A stretch of DNA of 64,000 nucleotides from Octopus sinensis. Its lineage: Eukaryota. Both the position numbers and the translations under genes were made by a program. Positions 38,266 to 51,491 of the stretch are shown piece after piece (position 1 is the stretch's first letter; each line of letters starts with the position of its first letter). The notes beneath the pieces are model-generated. The model saw only the letters and a list, made by a program, of their open reading frames with translations. It did not search any database and was not told where the DNA came from. The stretch covers positions 2,294,001 through 2,358,000 of the forward strand of contig NC_042998.1 of NCBI RefSeq assembly GCF_006345805.1. The letters run 5' to 3'.

Positions 38266-40882
38266 CATAATCAAAAAGGGTAATAATGAATTTATCCCTC
38301 TTTGTGTCTCTAGCACTAAGCTTCCTTATTTGGGAGCCTTTTATTATTATTATATATATATATATATATATATATTGTCCACTCGGCCGGGGCTGGGTGG
38401 TTGGTGTTAAGAAGGGTATCCAGCTGTCAAAATCCTGCCAAAACAGTTACAGAAGTCTGGTGCAAGCTTCTTCCTGGTCAGTTCCTGTCAAACCAGCATG
38501 GAAGGCTGACGTTAACTGATGATGTTGATGATATGTATATATGACAGGTTTCTTTCAGTTTCTTTCTACTAAATCCATTCACAAGGCTTTGGTCAACCAG
38601 GGGTTTATAGTAGAAGACACTCATATCATTTGGTCTTTACCCCATCACTATTAGTTGTCTTCTTACTCTCTCTCTCTCTCTCTCTATTTTATTATTACTT
38701 CATTGTATACCTATATATCTTCATATATATTATATATAGGTGCATCCTCCCTGCTACTAATTTGGTGCCCTATGTAGCAGAAATTATCTCCAACCTCCAA
38801 TGAGCCTCCGGGCATTTAAAAGAAACCCTTATATATATATCTTGTATATGTGTTTATGTGTATCACTTGCCTTGAGAGTTGTAAATCAGCGTCTTCATCA
38901 TCTTACAAGCAATGTTGTTTCCAGTCTTCTGTGGAAAACATGTCTATGGGAAAACATTAACTTTCTCGAAAGCAGGGAATGGTTGACAAAATAGAAGGGG
39001 ATCTGGCCTTAGAAAATCTGCTTCGACAAATTCCATCTGCCCCATGCAAGCATAGAATAGTGGATGTTAAATGATGATAAAGATATCTTCTTCTCTACAA
39101 GTGACTTCAATGACTCGATGTCAGTAATGACTGTGGTTAGCATACGGGAACTACATAAGTTCAGATCTTATGTGACATGCACAACGAAAAATTGGTGGGT
39201 TTTGTCTGCTGGTATGGGTATGACAAAGGACCAATCAATTGTGAAAATGCTGTGCTGGAAAGTCTCCCTGATCCAACCCATGCCTACCTGGAAAATGGAC
39301 ATAAATAATTATGATTTATGTATGTGTGTCTGTTATTAACATCCACTTTTCTGTGCCTGCATAGGTTGAGTGGAATTCATTGAGGTAGATTTCTACAGCC
39401 TGATGCCCTTCCTGTTGCCAGCACTCACTCATTCATACATATATATACTCACATACCTATATATATATATTACATAAATCTACAACTGGTTGCTTTCTGT
39501 TTCTGTCTACCAAATTCACTCTCAAGGCTGTAGTAGAAAACGCTTGCCTGAGATTGGGAAGCAAGCTTCATAGCACACAGCCACACATACATGTGTATGT
39601 ATGTATGTGTGTGTGTGTATAACACACAAACAGGTATCTTTGATAACCCCAGACTAATCAAAACCTTGTGAGTGGATTTGATTGTCTGAAAGAAGCTTTT
39701 CATGCAAATATGTATACATGTGTGCATGTTTGTTTCTCTTCACTTCATGTTGAGCACTACATGTAAACAGATGTCACCATCATACAAGCAGTGTTATTCG
39801 TTTGCAGTCTTATAATAATAATAATAATAATTGTGTACAGTGCTCAGGTGGACTACAACTCATCTAAAGTGTATATATAATCAGGTGTAGTTTCGGCGGA
39901 TTTCGCCATGTGTCTTGCTGTTGTCCTATTCATGATGGAAAGACTTGGTAAGATATTACCTTGCTTGGAAACAGGTGGTGGTTAGCAGCAGTAGGAGCAT
40001 CAAGGCAAAGAAAAACTGCCTTGATGAATTTCATCTGACTTATGCAAGTTGCATGTGTTGTTGTGGAAATTATACATGCACACATCCACATCAATTTATA
40101 TTCCTATTTCTACAGTAAAGTAACCTCTCTCTCTCTATATATATATATATATTAAGATTAGGTACAAAACAGTTTTGATGAACAGAGAAAAGACTGTAAA
40201 AAGCAATGAAAAGATATAAAACAAAAAAGATTTCTGGTTCTAGAAAAAGGGAAATCCTGCTGATTCAAAAATAATACAGTAGTTGTATTTGTGTTGTATC
40301 TATTGCCAAATGTAGGGAAATCACAGAAGTCCTGTTGTTATATGGGATATTACAGGAATTTTTTAAAAAATGAAGACACCTAGATTGAGGTTCTGCTGAT
40401 AATCTTACCAATGTTAACATAAACATGAAACCATGCTGACGGATCATCACCATTGGCATCATTTTAATGTCCACTTTTCCATATTTGCATGGGTCAGATG
40501 GAGTTTTTCTGTGGCAGACTTTTAATGGTCAGATGCTTTCCTGTCAACTCTCAGCTGTTTCCAAATATGGTAATATTCCCCCAGATTGGAGATGATTTCT
40601 TAGAACATTGGAAACAAGAAACCCCACTTGTATGACAGTCATACTTGTTTATATCTATCTGCCTGCGTGAAGACAAGGAGACAAATATATATGCAGTGGG
40701 CTTCTTTCCCATTTCTGTGTACTGGACCTACACACAAGGCTTTGGTCAGCCCAGGGCTATAGCAGAAGGTGTTATACATTGGAAATGGACCTGTAAGCAT
40801 GTGGTTGGAAGGCAAACATCTTAACCACATAACTATATGAAAGAAGATACTTTATTTATGTCTCAATGTTTTACCTCCCCAG

Positions 40883-40988
40883 ATTGACAAAGGAGAAGAG
40901 TAGCTATGAAAAAGAAGTCGAAGACCAAGAAAGGCGAATACAAAAAATGAAGGATGAAGGAAAAGATGAATATGACATAAAAAAACAG
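40883..40988 (+). CDS. TBCA: Tubulin-specific chaperone A, exon 2
   Basis: (R)LTKEKSSYEKEVEDQERRIQKMKDEGKDEYDIKKQ; cccag acceptor, gtcag donor; phase compatible with exon 1. Confidence 0.96.
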
Positions 40989-42137
40989 GTCAGTCTGATG
41001 TTAATAATACACCACATGTTTCAAACATTTTGCTTTCCTGGCTTTGAAAAGAGTTTCTCCATGTTTTTTGGCTTTAAGAATGAAACCTCTGAAATCAAAT
41101 TGCGAACTTTTTGAGACTTCCATTTTAATAATATTTTGTATTCTCTTTTAAAGCCAAACTCGTGTCATAATATTGAGTTCAAATTTTGGCACAAAGCCAG
41201 CAATTTTAGTGGGGAAGAGGTAAGTTGATTATATCGATCCCAGTGGTCAACTGGTGCTTATTTTATCAACCTCTAAAGAATGAACGGTAAAGCTGACCTC
41301 AGCAGAATGTAAAGATGGATAAAATGCTACTAAGCATTTTCCCCAGTGTTCTAACGTTTCTGGTGGTTCACCGCTTTAATTAACATCATAATATTGAAAC
41401 CTTTTTAGTTTTTGTCATGTGGCTATGTGGCAAGAAGTTGGCTTCCCAACCACACTGTTTCAGGTTCAGTCTCACCTTGGGCTGACCAAAGCCTCATTGA
41501 CAGAAACTGAAAGAAGCTCATTGTATATGTGCCTTACTGTCTCTTTGCTTTGATATTGCATGATGGTTGTAAATGAGTGTCACTACCAAACAAGTGGTGT
41601 CCTTCATTTCTAATCTTCCATGGAAAAATGTGTGGAAACAGAAAATTAAAGCTGGCCATAGAACAATTTGCCTCAACAAATTCCAGATAACCCATGCAAA
41701 CTGCCCCAGCATGGCCACAGCTTTGAGCTGAAACCGATAAAACAATGATAATGATATATGTATTAGAAGGATAAAGACCTTATTTGGTCATGAATGACTA
41801 TGGGATTGCACCTTGAAAGTTCCACTCCAAGGCACAAGTCTGTGCAAGGTTGTTTATGGAAGACCTACAGTTTCCCATGCATACCGACCTCCCCTCTCCA
41901 TGACACCAATGTTATCCAAGAGAAAGGCAAAGGCCAATGCAGCTTGGCACCAGTGATGTTGCGACTCATTTCTACAGCTGAGTGAACTGGAGCAATGTGG
42001 AATAAAGTGTCTTGCTCAAGAACACAACACAGCTCGGTCTAGGAATTGAGCTCACTACCTCATGATTGTGAGCCTGATGTTTTAACCACTGAGCCATGTG
42101 CCTTCATGTATATATATATGTGTGTGTACACATACTC

Positions 42138-42525
42138 TCTTTTACTTGTTTCAGTCATTTGACTGCGGCCATGCTGGAGCACCGCCTTTAATCGAGCAAC
42201 TCGACCCCGGAACTTATTCTTTTCTAAGCCCAGTACTTATTCTATCAGTCTCTTTTGCTGAACCGCTAAGTGACGGGGACATAAACACACCAGCATCGGT
42301 TGTCAAGCAATGCTAGGGGGACAAACACAGACACACAAACACACATACGCATATATATATATATATACATATATACGACGGGCTTCTACCAAATCCACTC
42401 ACAAGGCTTTGGTCGGCCCGAGGCTATAGTAGAAGACACTTGCCCAAGGTGCCACGCAGTGGGACTGAACCCGGAACCATGTGGTCTGTAAACAAGCTAC
42501 TTACTACACAGCCATTCCTGCGCCT
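42138..42525 (-). mobile_element. tRNA-derived SINE (family B; other copies 35532-35890, 47985-48350, 51806-52196, 63569-63740)
   Basis: Head ggcgcagga.tggctgtgt.gtaag…ggttccgggttcagtccc, core ggcaccttgggcaagtgtcttc, internal microsatellite, tail gactgaaacaagtaaaagag. Confidence 0.85.
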
Positions 42526-44513
42526 AAATCAACATATATACATATTTATTTGTTTGTATATGCATCCCTATCCACTCGTGTAAGTGCATGAATGTTGACA
42601 TTAAAACCAGTTGTTCTACACATTTGAAGGCTTAACTATTGGTAACAAGAAAAGCATCCTTCTGCAGATCTTGCCTCATATACATCCCTGTCCACTCTAC
42701 ACTAGCATGGATGAACAAACTGTAAATGAAAAAAGGGCATCTATGACTGCATTTTCCAAAATGGTCCTTCTTTTTCTTAAGTGGTACATTATGATTTGAG
42801 GAAGATTTTGTTGCTATGTTTAACAGGTCAAGTAACCATGTAGAAGTTACTTCATTAGTTGGTTTTGCCTAAAGCAGAAAAATCAATTACTGAATCTTTA
42901 TAAAACCTCAGCAAATGCCTGACGATTCTCAGTCTTTTAATATTTAGTTTACTAAGGATAGCAGTGTTATATATTTGATCATCTGATAAAATTGTTCTCA
43001 ATCAGGGTCCATATGACCCTTGGGGGATGACATAAATTGGTTCTTCTACAATAAACAAAATATGTTATTTTTTTTAATATAATTCCTAAGAATATCTAAT
43101 CATAAAAATGTAATAGGATTTTCTAACCACCAGGGTCCACTTGAGTAAAGTAGTAATCAAGGAAGTCCACAGGTAAAAAGTTGTTGGGAAACCACTGAAC
43201 TAATTAATACTATTAATCTAATTGCACAGAAAGTTTTCTTTGAAGCCTCAGCTTTCCAGTTTCTTTCACTTCAACCCAACCTGGCACTATTCAAACATCA
43301 AAATTCAAATATTACTTATTCTCCTGAACAGTTCCCAGTTTGTAGAATTCTCTTCCTGACTCAAACTAGGGCTTACCATTTCCACTGAGCTGTTTTGGAT
43401 CCTTCTTAATAACCATTCTTAGTGATGCTGTCCTATTATTCCTGCTTGTTTGCCATGTTGTCCTGAAAAACTTAAAGCCTCAACTTTTTAAATTCCACAT
43501 TAACATCTCCAATCTTATGCACTGTTGATCCATCCACTAATCCAAAAAAAGTCCATACTTGTAGGTGTTGCTCTTGCTCATGAGACACAATAATAGAAAT
43601 GTTAAAGACATCTGTAAATGTGCTTGATTCAGGAATTTGTGTCTAACACCAATATCTGCAATTAATAATCATTTAGAATGTTGGTGCAAGAATGACTGTG
43701 TGGCTAAGAAATTTGCTTCTTAACCACATGGTTTCAAGTTTGGTCCCACTGTGTGGCACCTTGGATAAAGGGGCCTTCTATTATAGTCTCAAGCCAGTCA
43801 ATGCCTTGTCAGGGAATTTGGTAGATAGAAAGTGTAGGCAGCCTGTTGTGTGTGTGAATGTTGATATTCCATGTTTTGTGGGATGTTCTTTGTTGACATT
43901 CTTCTGAAAACCTCTGGAATAAAAAATCTTTTGCTTGAAAACAGATAAGAGTTAGTCATAGGCAGAATATCCAATTGAAGAATCCTGTTTCCAATAACAC
44001 TGTCTAAACACATACTGGCACTGAAAAACACATTAAACAAATAAATGTATGCAGGTTGCTTGAAGTTTGTCTAAGAAAGAGCTGTGTACATAGCTTTGTC
44101 TCAAATGTAGGATGGGTAGAATTGGATATGTATATAGTGCTTATGATAGATTTGCATTGCTATAATTACAAATGCTCAGTATAAAATATACATCGTTTTT
44201 TTAAATGTAAATTAATTAATGAATTCTCTAAGCATGCAGCCATTCAGTGGTAGACATATTTTGAACTTAAATTCTTTATTGATGTATTCTATAACACACA
44301 TATAGGTAGCATGTGTGTTGTGTGTGTGTATACATATGTAGTTGCTTCTGAAAGTATTCTCTGAGGGCTCTACCCAGGAATGCCAGTCAAAATTAATTTG
44401 ATAAATTTTCTTCTACTTTCAATAGTAAGTCTTCCTATCAGTAAATGTTCTGTTGTTATTGCTTTGAAATAACTGCATTGATTTAGCATGTGTTTATTAC
44501 CGATGTCTTTTAG

Positions 44514-44600
44514 GGAGAAGTTCTTCAAGAGTCTAAAGCCATGGTTCCTGACTGCCTCAAAAGATTAAACACAGCTTATGTTGATCTTGTGAATTTATTG
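44514..44600 (+). CDS. TBCA: Tubulin-specific chaperone A, exon 3
   Basis: GEVLQESKAMVPDCLKRLNTAYVDLVNLL; ttttag acceptor, gtgag donor; missed by the ORF track. Confidence 0.95.
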
Positions 44601-44759
44601 GTGAGTTTTAAGAACAAATGTTTTTAATCTTAATCTTTAATCTTTTGAACCATCATAAAAGTTGAAGTAGTTTAAAACAATGTAGTTAGAAGTGACTAAA
44701 AATTAAAATAAAATTTTCAATGGTGCTCCAGCATGGCCGCAGTCAAATGACTGAAACAA

Positions 44760-45320
44760 GTAAAAGAGTAAACCAACTGATGACAAACTTTAACAAGAAG
44801 CAAGTGTTAAACTGCTGAGTTAAAACCCCAGAAACTAATGACTTTTTTCCTTGCTGGGTCTGGAGGAAGGGAAAGTATCCATGACCTAGTGTGGACTGCT
44901 GAGATTGATGTCACTAATTTTCCTCTTGAATTATTGTGAATCACCATTTATGGGTAAGACATTAACAAGGAGGGAATTCCAGGGGGATGATGTTCTGAGG
45001 AAGGAAGGATTGGGCATAACGGTTACTGCTGGACCTGGGAGGTTGGACACAAGGGTGATTAGAGGATCAGAAATACCTGAATAGTGGGTTGGCATGAGTT
45101 TGGTTAGCCCCTAGGCATTTAATAGGAGAAAAGGCCATCATTGTAGTAATATAGCAGACAGTTATGTAGGGGCTGGAGCATATATTTGATAGATTTTATG
45201 CCAATCAGTTAGGGTCACGCCTGAAGACACCTTTCTGCCAGTTCTTTGATCCTATGCTGATACCAGTTCTCATCCGTCGAGGCAAAGAACTCCTTCACTG
45301 AAGTTTCCACCTCTTCTCGG
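44760..45320 (-). mobile_element. Old LINE 3' fragment (L2/CR1/Jockey-like) in TBCA intron 3; similar remnants at ~12130-12720 and ~60700-61190
   Basis: Degenerate HPCVQ…NRYAQSFLP-type C-terminal LINE motif. Confidence 0.4.
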
Positions 45321-46836
45321 TTGGTGAAGTGTTGTGAGTGGAGGGAGTGAGTCACGGATCAGAACTTTGGCTGCTTTTTGTTTACTTAATGAATAAAGCA
45401 AATAAGTTAGCAAAATATTGCAAAACGTTTGAGCCAACACAATTTCTAAGGACAGAAATGCCTTCTGATCTTGAAGAGAAGGTCCAGTCATTGAGAAGCA
45501 GCCACAGGATATATTTTTGACCCTTTAGCATTCTGACTACTTTGTCAAATGTAATGCTTATCTATTCACGTTGTTTTGAATTACTCAGGCATTATTTTTA
45601 GCTGTGAGGTTTTGATAATTTGGTTTATTTTTAAAAGGACATAGGTGTGAGAGGCTGAATCTAGCAAGTTTGAATATTTGGGCTGGATATGGCCAGTTTA
45701 AATTCTAAAGGGTTACATACAAACCATGATACTTAAATTTAAAGCTAGTTCAGAATGCAGCAGAAACCAGTGTCACAAGACAAAGTATATCAGCTTTATT
45801 CTTGTCATTATACAAATGTAATGGTTATTCAATGGATGCGAAAGATTTATTAAATAAATTTAAAGTAACTGTGAAGGTACTGCTATGTTAGGATTAAAAA
45901 TCTCAAATGAACCACATTGAAATACCTTACTAAATACAATGATGTATTATACGTAGCAAAATACTTTTGGCCATATTGGAGAATTATATTTCTAATATAG
46001 GTACTTATTTTAAAATTGGTCTAAAGCATCTTCAATTACATAATAAAAGCCATTCTTTATAAATATATTTTTATCACACCTCAATATTTCATAAGGAATC
46101 TGAAATGTAGAAGCTAAGTGGATAACTGTATTAAACTATTGGCTGCTGTCTTCTTCCAATCAGGATTCACGCCATTAGCCACAAAGAATAATCTCTAATT
46201 TGAGCTTACTCTAAGCTACTAAGAATGCATGTGTGGCAACTTGAAGATCCACCCACCACATGTGATAGACTGGTGGTTGCACGGGCGCAAAAGCTACATT
46301 ATTATCCTCATTCTGTAAACAGTGGCTTTTAATGAGAATGGGGTACAGAGGATTCGCAATCTAGACTAGGGTCTGAAAGTTTACCACACCATAGTGGGTT
46401 ACACCATGGTTCCTCTGCTTTGTGGCAGAAGTAGGAAGAAAGAGTGAGAGAAAGTTGTGGTGAAAGAGTACAGCGGGGTTCACCCCACCACCACCAGAGC
46501 CTCGTGGAGCTCAGGTGTTTTTGCTAAATAAACACTCACAATGCCCGGTCTGGGAATCAAAACCACATTCTTACAACTGCAAGTTCGCTGCCCTAACCAC
46601 TGGGCCATTGTGCCTCCACATTGGCTGCTGTAGACCTACTCTTTGCAGTGACTTCATATTCTAGCAGAAGCAACTATGTTTTATTCAAATTATATTGTTA
46701 GTTGCTGGCTGCTAGAGAAGCCAGGTAGTGCAATAGATTCCTTGTAGATTGTGGCAGGACTAACTTAATTCACTTGTTATCATGAATTCTTGGAAGAAAA
46801 AATTATTTTGAATCATATTTTTTTTTGTTTTTGCAG

Positions 46837-46923
46837 GCAAGCGAAATTGATTTGAAATCTGCAGAAGAGTACGCTCTGGCTGAAGTGGTCTGTGCTGCTG
46901 CCAAAGAAATGTTAGGTTTATGA
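46837..46923 (+). CDS. TBCA: Tubulin-specific chaperone A, exon 4 (to stop)
   Basis: ASEIDLKSAEEYALAEVVCAAAKEMLGL*; long pyrimidine tract plus gcag acceptor; total CDS 333 nt = 110 aa. Confidence 0.92.
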   Translation, partial: ASEIDLKSAEEYALAEVVCAAAKEMLGL

Positions 46924-47550
46924 TAAGGAGCAAAGATATATGTTATGAAAATAACTGAGCATTGATGGCTTGGTCTCTCCTTTTTCTAAGCTTTCACTGA
47001 TGAAAGAACGCTGAAAGGAAGAGAGGAAAATGCTGGCCATTTATTGTGATATGCTAAAATTAAAGAGAATGAGTGAGAAATTAAACATGCAACACATTTT
47101 AAAAATTTTTTCCGTATTTTTGTGTTTCTCAATAAAAATTTCAGTTAACAGAAAAAATAAAATATCTTAAAATTGTAGGCAAATCAATAAAAGATTCAGG
47201 CTGTATTTCATTCGTTACATGTTTAAAACATGTGGTTTGTTCTAAGCATGGAAATATTACGAATTTGAAGTAGTAACAATCATTTACGATATTTATTAGA
47301 ATATTTCCTTTTTTATTATTTTTACTTTTCAAAATAAACTGCTTTTCTATCACAGTTCTTAAATTTCTTACTTCCCACTGATTTGGATATCAATGTTTTG
47401 AAAGACAAAGCAGTCACTGATCAACTTACAAATGAATCAATAACTGAAGCTATTTGCTTGCGCTTTCCTACAAGTGACAATGCATTTTCCTGATTATGGT
47501 TGGCTATTTTTTTTTATTAATGGTGTAATTTACCATTAACAAATGCTTTA

Positions 47551-47568
47551 AATAAAAAGTTTAATAAA
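47551..47568 (+). terminator. Candidate TBCA polyadenylation signals (two AATAAA)
   Basis: AATAAA at 47551 and 47563 followed by a T/GT-rich tract; another AATAAA near 47131; AT-rich background weakens this. Confidence 0.4.
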
Positions 47569-49059
47569 TTGTCATAAAAACATTTTGTCTTCATTTTTTT
47601 ATTGAACGTAATTCCAACCCTGGCAACACAGCACTGATGCTTCTCTTCCACTTTCTTCCTCCTCCCTCTTACACAGTTCTTTTCATTGCATCATACTTTC
47701 ACTATCTCTTGTGCTAGGCTCAGCTACTGCCATAAACCTCATTTCTATTCTCCCTCTTGCAGCAGTGGGTGTTCTTTAGCCTTGAGGGTATAAGGTAACC
47801 TCGCAAGTGCTGACACCTAATACATCTTGTCTTGTAAAGTGGTCGGCAACAAATAAGGCATAGAGTTGACAGGACTTGTTAGTCTTGCTGAGGGCATGAC
47901 AACTTCTCTAGTGCTGGTGCCATGATTAAATGGTTTGTAAAGTGTTTGACGTTAGAAGTAGCAGCCTGCTATGAATGCTAAAGTGCGGGCATGGCTGTGT
48001 GGTAAGAAGCTTGCTTCCCAACTACATGGTTCTGGGTTCAGTCCCACTGTGTGACACCTTGGGCATGTGACTTCTGCTATAGGCTCAAGCTGGCTAAAGC
48101 CTTGTGAGTGAATTCGTTAGACGGAAACTGAAAGAAGCCTGTCGTGTATATGCATGTGTGTGTTTGTCCCCTACCACTGCTTAACAACTAGTGTTTGCAT
48201 CCCTATAACTTAGCAATTCAGCAAAAGGGACTGTCAGAATAAGTACAAGGCTGTACAAAAACGGAAGTACTGGGGTCAACAGGTTTGACTAAATTTCTTG
48301 AAGGCAGTACTCCAGCATGGCCACAGTTTACTGACTGAAGCAAGTAAAAAATAAAGACTAAGAGGTATGTTGTCTGCCAACCCATCTAAAGTGGCAGCAA
48401 TTCTGAAAAAGAACTGGCTTGGACCAAGACAATCAGTTCAACTCCATATCAACATGGAACACATGTAAAATTATGATAATATCTCATAAACCAAAGAACA
48501 AATATACTGTTAAGTATTAATATAAAGATATCAGCATTTTTAATCTAAGTCAACTTATATCATAACCATTGGAGTATGAAGTGCACTTCACAACCGCAGG
48601 TTTGTGAGATGGTTGTGATCTGTAAACAGTTTTGAGTAGGAAGTGGAAGTATGAACACACATCGCGCATGTCCCCATTGAATTTGTAAAAGAGAAGAGAA
48701 AGATAATGTAATTTCAAACAAGTTGTCAGACGGTCTGCATGCCACAGCTGAAAGCCACCACCACACAGCTTTGCTGCAATTTTGTTTGTAATGTATTTAT
48801 GGATGGGTCAACAATAAAGCTTCTCTGTAGTTGTTCAACCTGCTAGAAATGGCAACCAATTTCCCTTAAACCACACTAAGACTTCATTGAATAATGTAGT
48901 ATAAGAAGCAGTGTTATCATCAATCAGTTTCAAAAGATATTTTTTTAATAAGAAAATATTTATCAAAACAAGAACAAAAATTTAAAATAAGCAAAAATTT
49001 CTGTATTTTAGAAAATTTTTTAAAGTTTTTTTTTTCTTTCAAGAAATGATATTTTTATG

Positions 49060-49695
49060 TTATTTATTATCACCACAGTCATTACTGTCACTTTTAGACT
49101 CACAATGACATTCTATAGCTTTTATAATCTTCTGGAATATTTGGGCTGCTGGGCTATCAGGTATTTCTTCTAAGAATGACTTGCCTTCATCACATGCTTT
49201 TGCAATTCTAGGATCTAAGGGTAGCTTGCCAAGGAATGGTAGGGATAAATCTTTTGCCATTTTTTCAGCCCCACCAGTTGTTGCAGGAAATATCTCAGAC
49301 TCAGTTTTGCAGTGTGGGCAAACAAAGCCACTCATATTTTCAATTACACCAATTATAGGAAGTTTTACTTTCTCACAGAAATTGATTTCCTTCCTAACAT
49401 CCTGCAAAGAAATTTCCTGTGGTGTAGTAATGATAATTGCTCCATCGATCGTTGTTGCACCAATGTATTGAACTAACGACAGGTGTTCATCTGAAGTACC
49501 TGGTGGTGTATCAATGATGAGGTAATCCAAGTCTCCCCAGTCGACGTCTTTCAGGAACTGTTTAATCAGACCGTTCTTTCTTGGACCTCTCCATATGACA
49601 GCATCATTTAGACTTGCTAGAAGAAATCCAACGGACATAATTGCAAGATTATCCGATACGTAAACCGGTGACCAGCCAGAGCCACTCTGATGAAC
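49060..49695 (-). CDS. NUBP1: NUBP1 exon 2 (to stop)
   Basis: [12 protein letters not shown]…[14 protein letters not shown]…[10 protein letters not shown]…[11 protein letters not shown]…; cttag acceptor; total 324 aa. Confidence 0.97.
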   Translation of the reverse strand, partial: VHQSGSGWSPVYVSDNLAIMSVGFLLASLNDAVIWRGPRKNGLIKQFLKDVDWGDLDYLIIDTPPGTSDEHLSLVQYIGATTIDGAIIITTPQEISLQDVRKEINFCEKVKLPIIGVIENMSGFVCPHCKTESEIFPATTGGAEKMAKDLSLPFLGKLPLDPRIAKACDEGKSFLEEIPDSPAAQIFQKIIKAIECHCESKSDSNDCGDNK

Positions 49696-50133
49696 CTAAG
49701 CAATAAAAATGACAATTAATTAGTGTTTTAAAAGTGCATATTACTTACATCAACATAGCATGGAGAAAACAATCTTTGTGCTTGATAGAATTAGACAAGG
49801 TGAGGAAGTATATTTTATTTCAGTTTTATATTATTATCACAAGAGTGGGACCCGTGGAAATTCCACAGAATGGAAAAAATTAACAGGACCTATTTAAGAA
49901 AGAAAGGATGATTTGCATTTTTATAGCATTTACAGTTTCGTTTTCTCTAAATATTCTTGACGTTTGTCTACATTTGTCTCTCTTTTACGTCTCCATTAGT
50001 GTTGTCTTTTTCCTCTTTTTATTATATTTTCTCATTGTTCCTCTCTGATCTGTGCTCTAAATCCACATATCCTTTCTTGGGCAGCTTGCAACCATGTTAA
50101 TTGTGAATCCAGAGTTTAGGCTAAATTAACCCT

Positions 50134-50500
50134 TCATCATCATCATCATCATCATTTAGCGTCCGTTTTCCATGCTAGCATGGGTTGGACGGTTTAACTG
50201 GGGTCTGTGAAGCCGGAAGGCTTCATCAGGCCCAGTCAGATTTGGCAGTGTTTCTACGGCTGGATGCCCTTCCTAACGCCAACCACTCCGTGAGTGTAGT
50301 GGGTGCTTTTTACGTGCCACCTGCACAGGTGCCAGACAGAGCTGGCAAACGGCCACGAACGGATGGTGCTTTTACGTGCTACCGGCACGGGGGCCAGGTG
50401 AGGCTGGCAACGGACACGAACGGATGGTACTTTTACATGCTACCGGCACGGGGGCCAGGCAAGGCTGGCAACGGACACGAACGGATGGTGCTTTTACGTA
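50134..50500 (-). mobile_element. Second copy of the RTE 3' end with ~3 units of the 60-bp repeat, in the NUBP1 intron
   Basis: Near-identical reverse complement of ~9150-9513; (CAT)n tail. Confidence 0.92.
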
Positions 50501-51133
50501 TATTAGTTTTTTTTAAGTGAGTAGACAATAAATAATTGCACTTATGCCTAGTGATGGTCACTATAAAAAAAAATCAGTTCAATAAAAAAAAAACAACTTT
50601 TCACTATCAACACACCACCATTGTTATCTGCCTCTCTCTCTCTCTCTCTCTCTCTCAATATATCTGCCTCCCCTGTCCATCTCTCTCTATCAACTTTTCC
50701 CTTCAGCTAAACCAAGTAAATAAGTATTCCTTCCCCACCTCACCTCACCACACATCGCTCTTTTTCTTTGTCTCTACTTTCAGCAGATCACGTGACCATT
50801 TGGCCCAAGTGTATTTAATGTCGATCACCTTTCTCTACTTGCTTCTCTCTCTCTTTTACTCCACCTCTCTAACTAATTAATGTATAACGGGCGAATGGAC
50901 AAGCAGATTATTATAGAGATGCTAAAACCAAATGAAAGTATATTCAAATGATTTCATTTTGTATAATCAATGATAAAAGTGCAAATGCTGTCACAGGTAT
51001 GTCTGTGGGGTCAAGAAGCTTGCTTTGCAACCATGTGGTTTCTTGTTCAGTCCCACTGTGGGGCACTTTAAGCAAGTGTCTTCTACTATAGCTCAAGACT
51101 GACCATTGCCTTGTGAGTGAATTTGGTGAACAG

Positions 51134-51175
<42 letters not shown>

Positions 51176-51425
51176 TCCCACCCACTGCTTGACAGCCAGG
51201 GTTTGTTTAAATTCCCTTAAAGGAGACCATTAAAATAAATAGCAGCAGAAAAAATAATTACTGGGCTTGATTTATTCAACTAAAACCTTTCGAAGATGAT
51301 GACCACAGCCCAAATGACTGAAAAAGGATAACAGATGTATTTTTAATAATCAAAGGATAGGCAATGCTTATAATCTTCCCAGGCCCAGGTAAGCTCCAGG
51401 GAATGGTTTGAGAAAAGAGATTTTT

Positions 51426-51491
51426 AAAATGTTTAGTACAGGACTTGATGGTGTGGTCCACCACACCATTAAGTCCTGTACTAAACATTTT
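51426..51491. repeat. Near-perfect palindrome (32-bp arms, 2-nt spacer, 1 mismatch)
   Basis: aaaatgtttagtacaggacttgatggtgtggt-cc-accacaccattaagtcctgtactaaacatttt. Confidence 0.95.
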
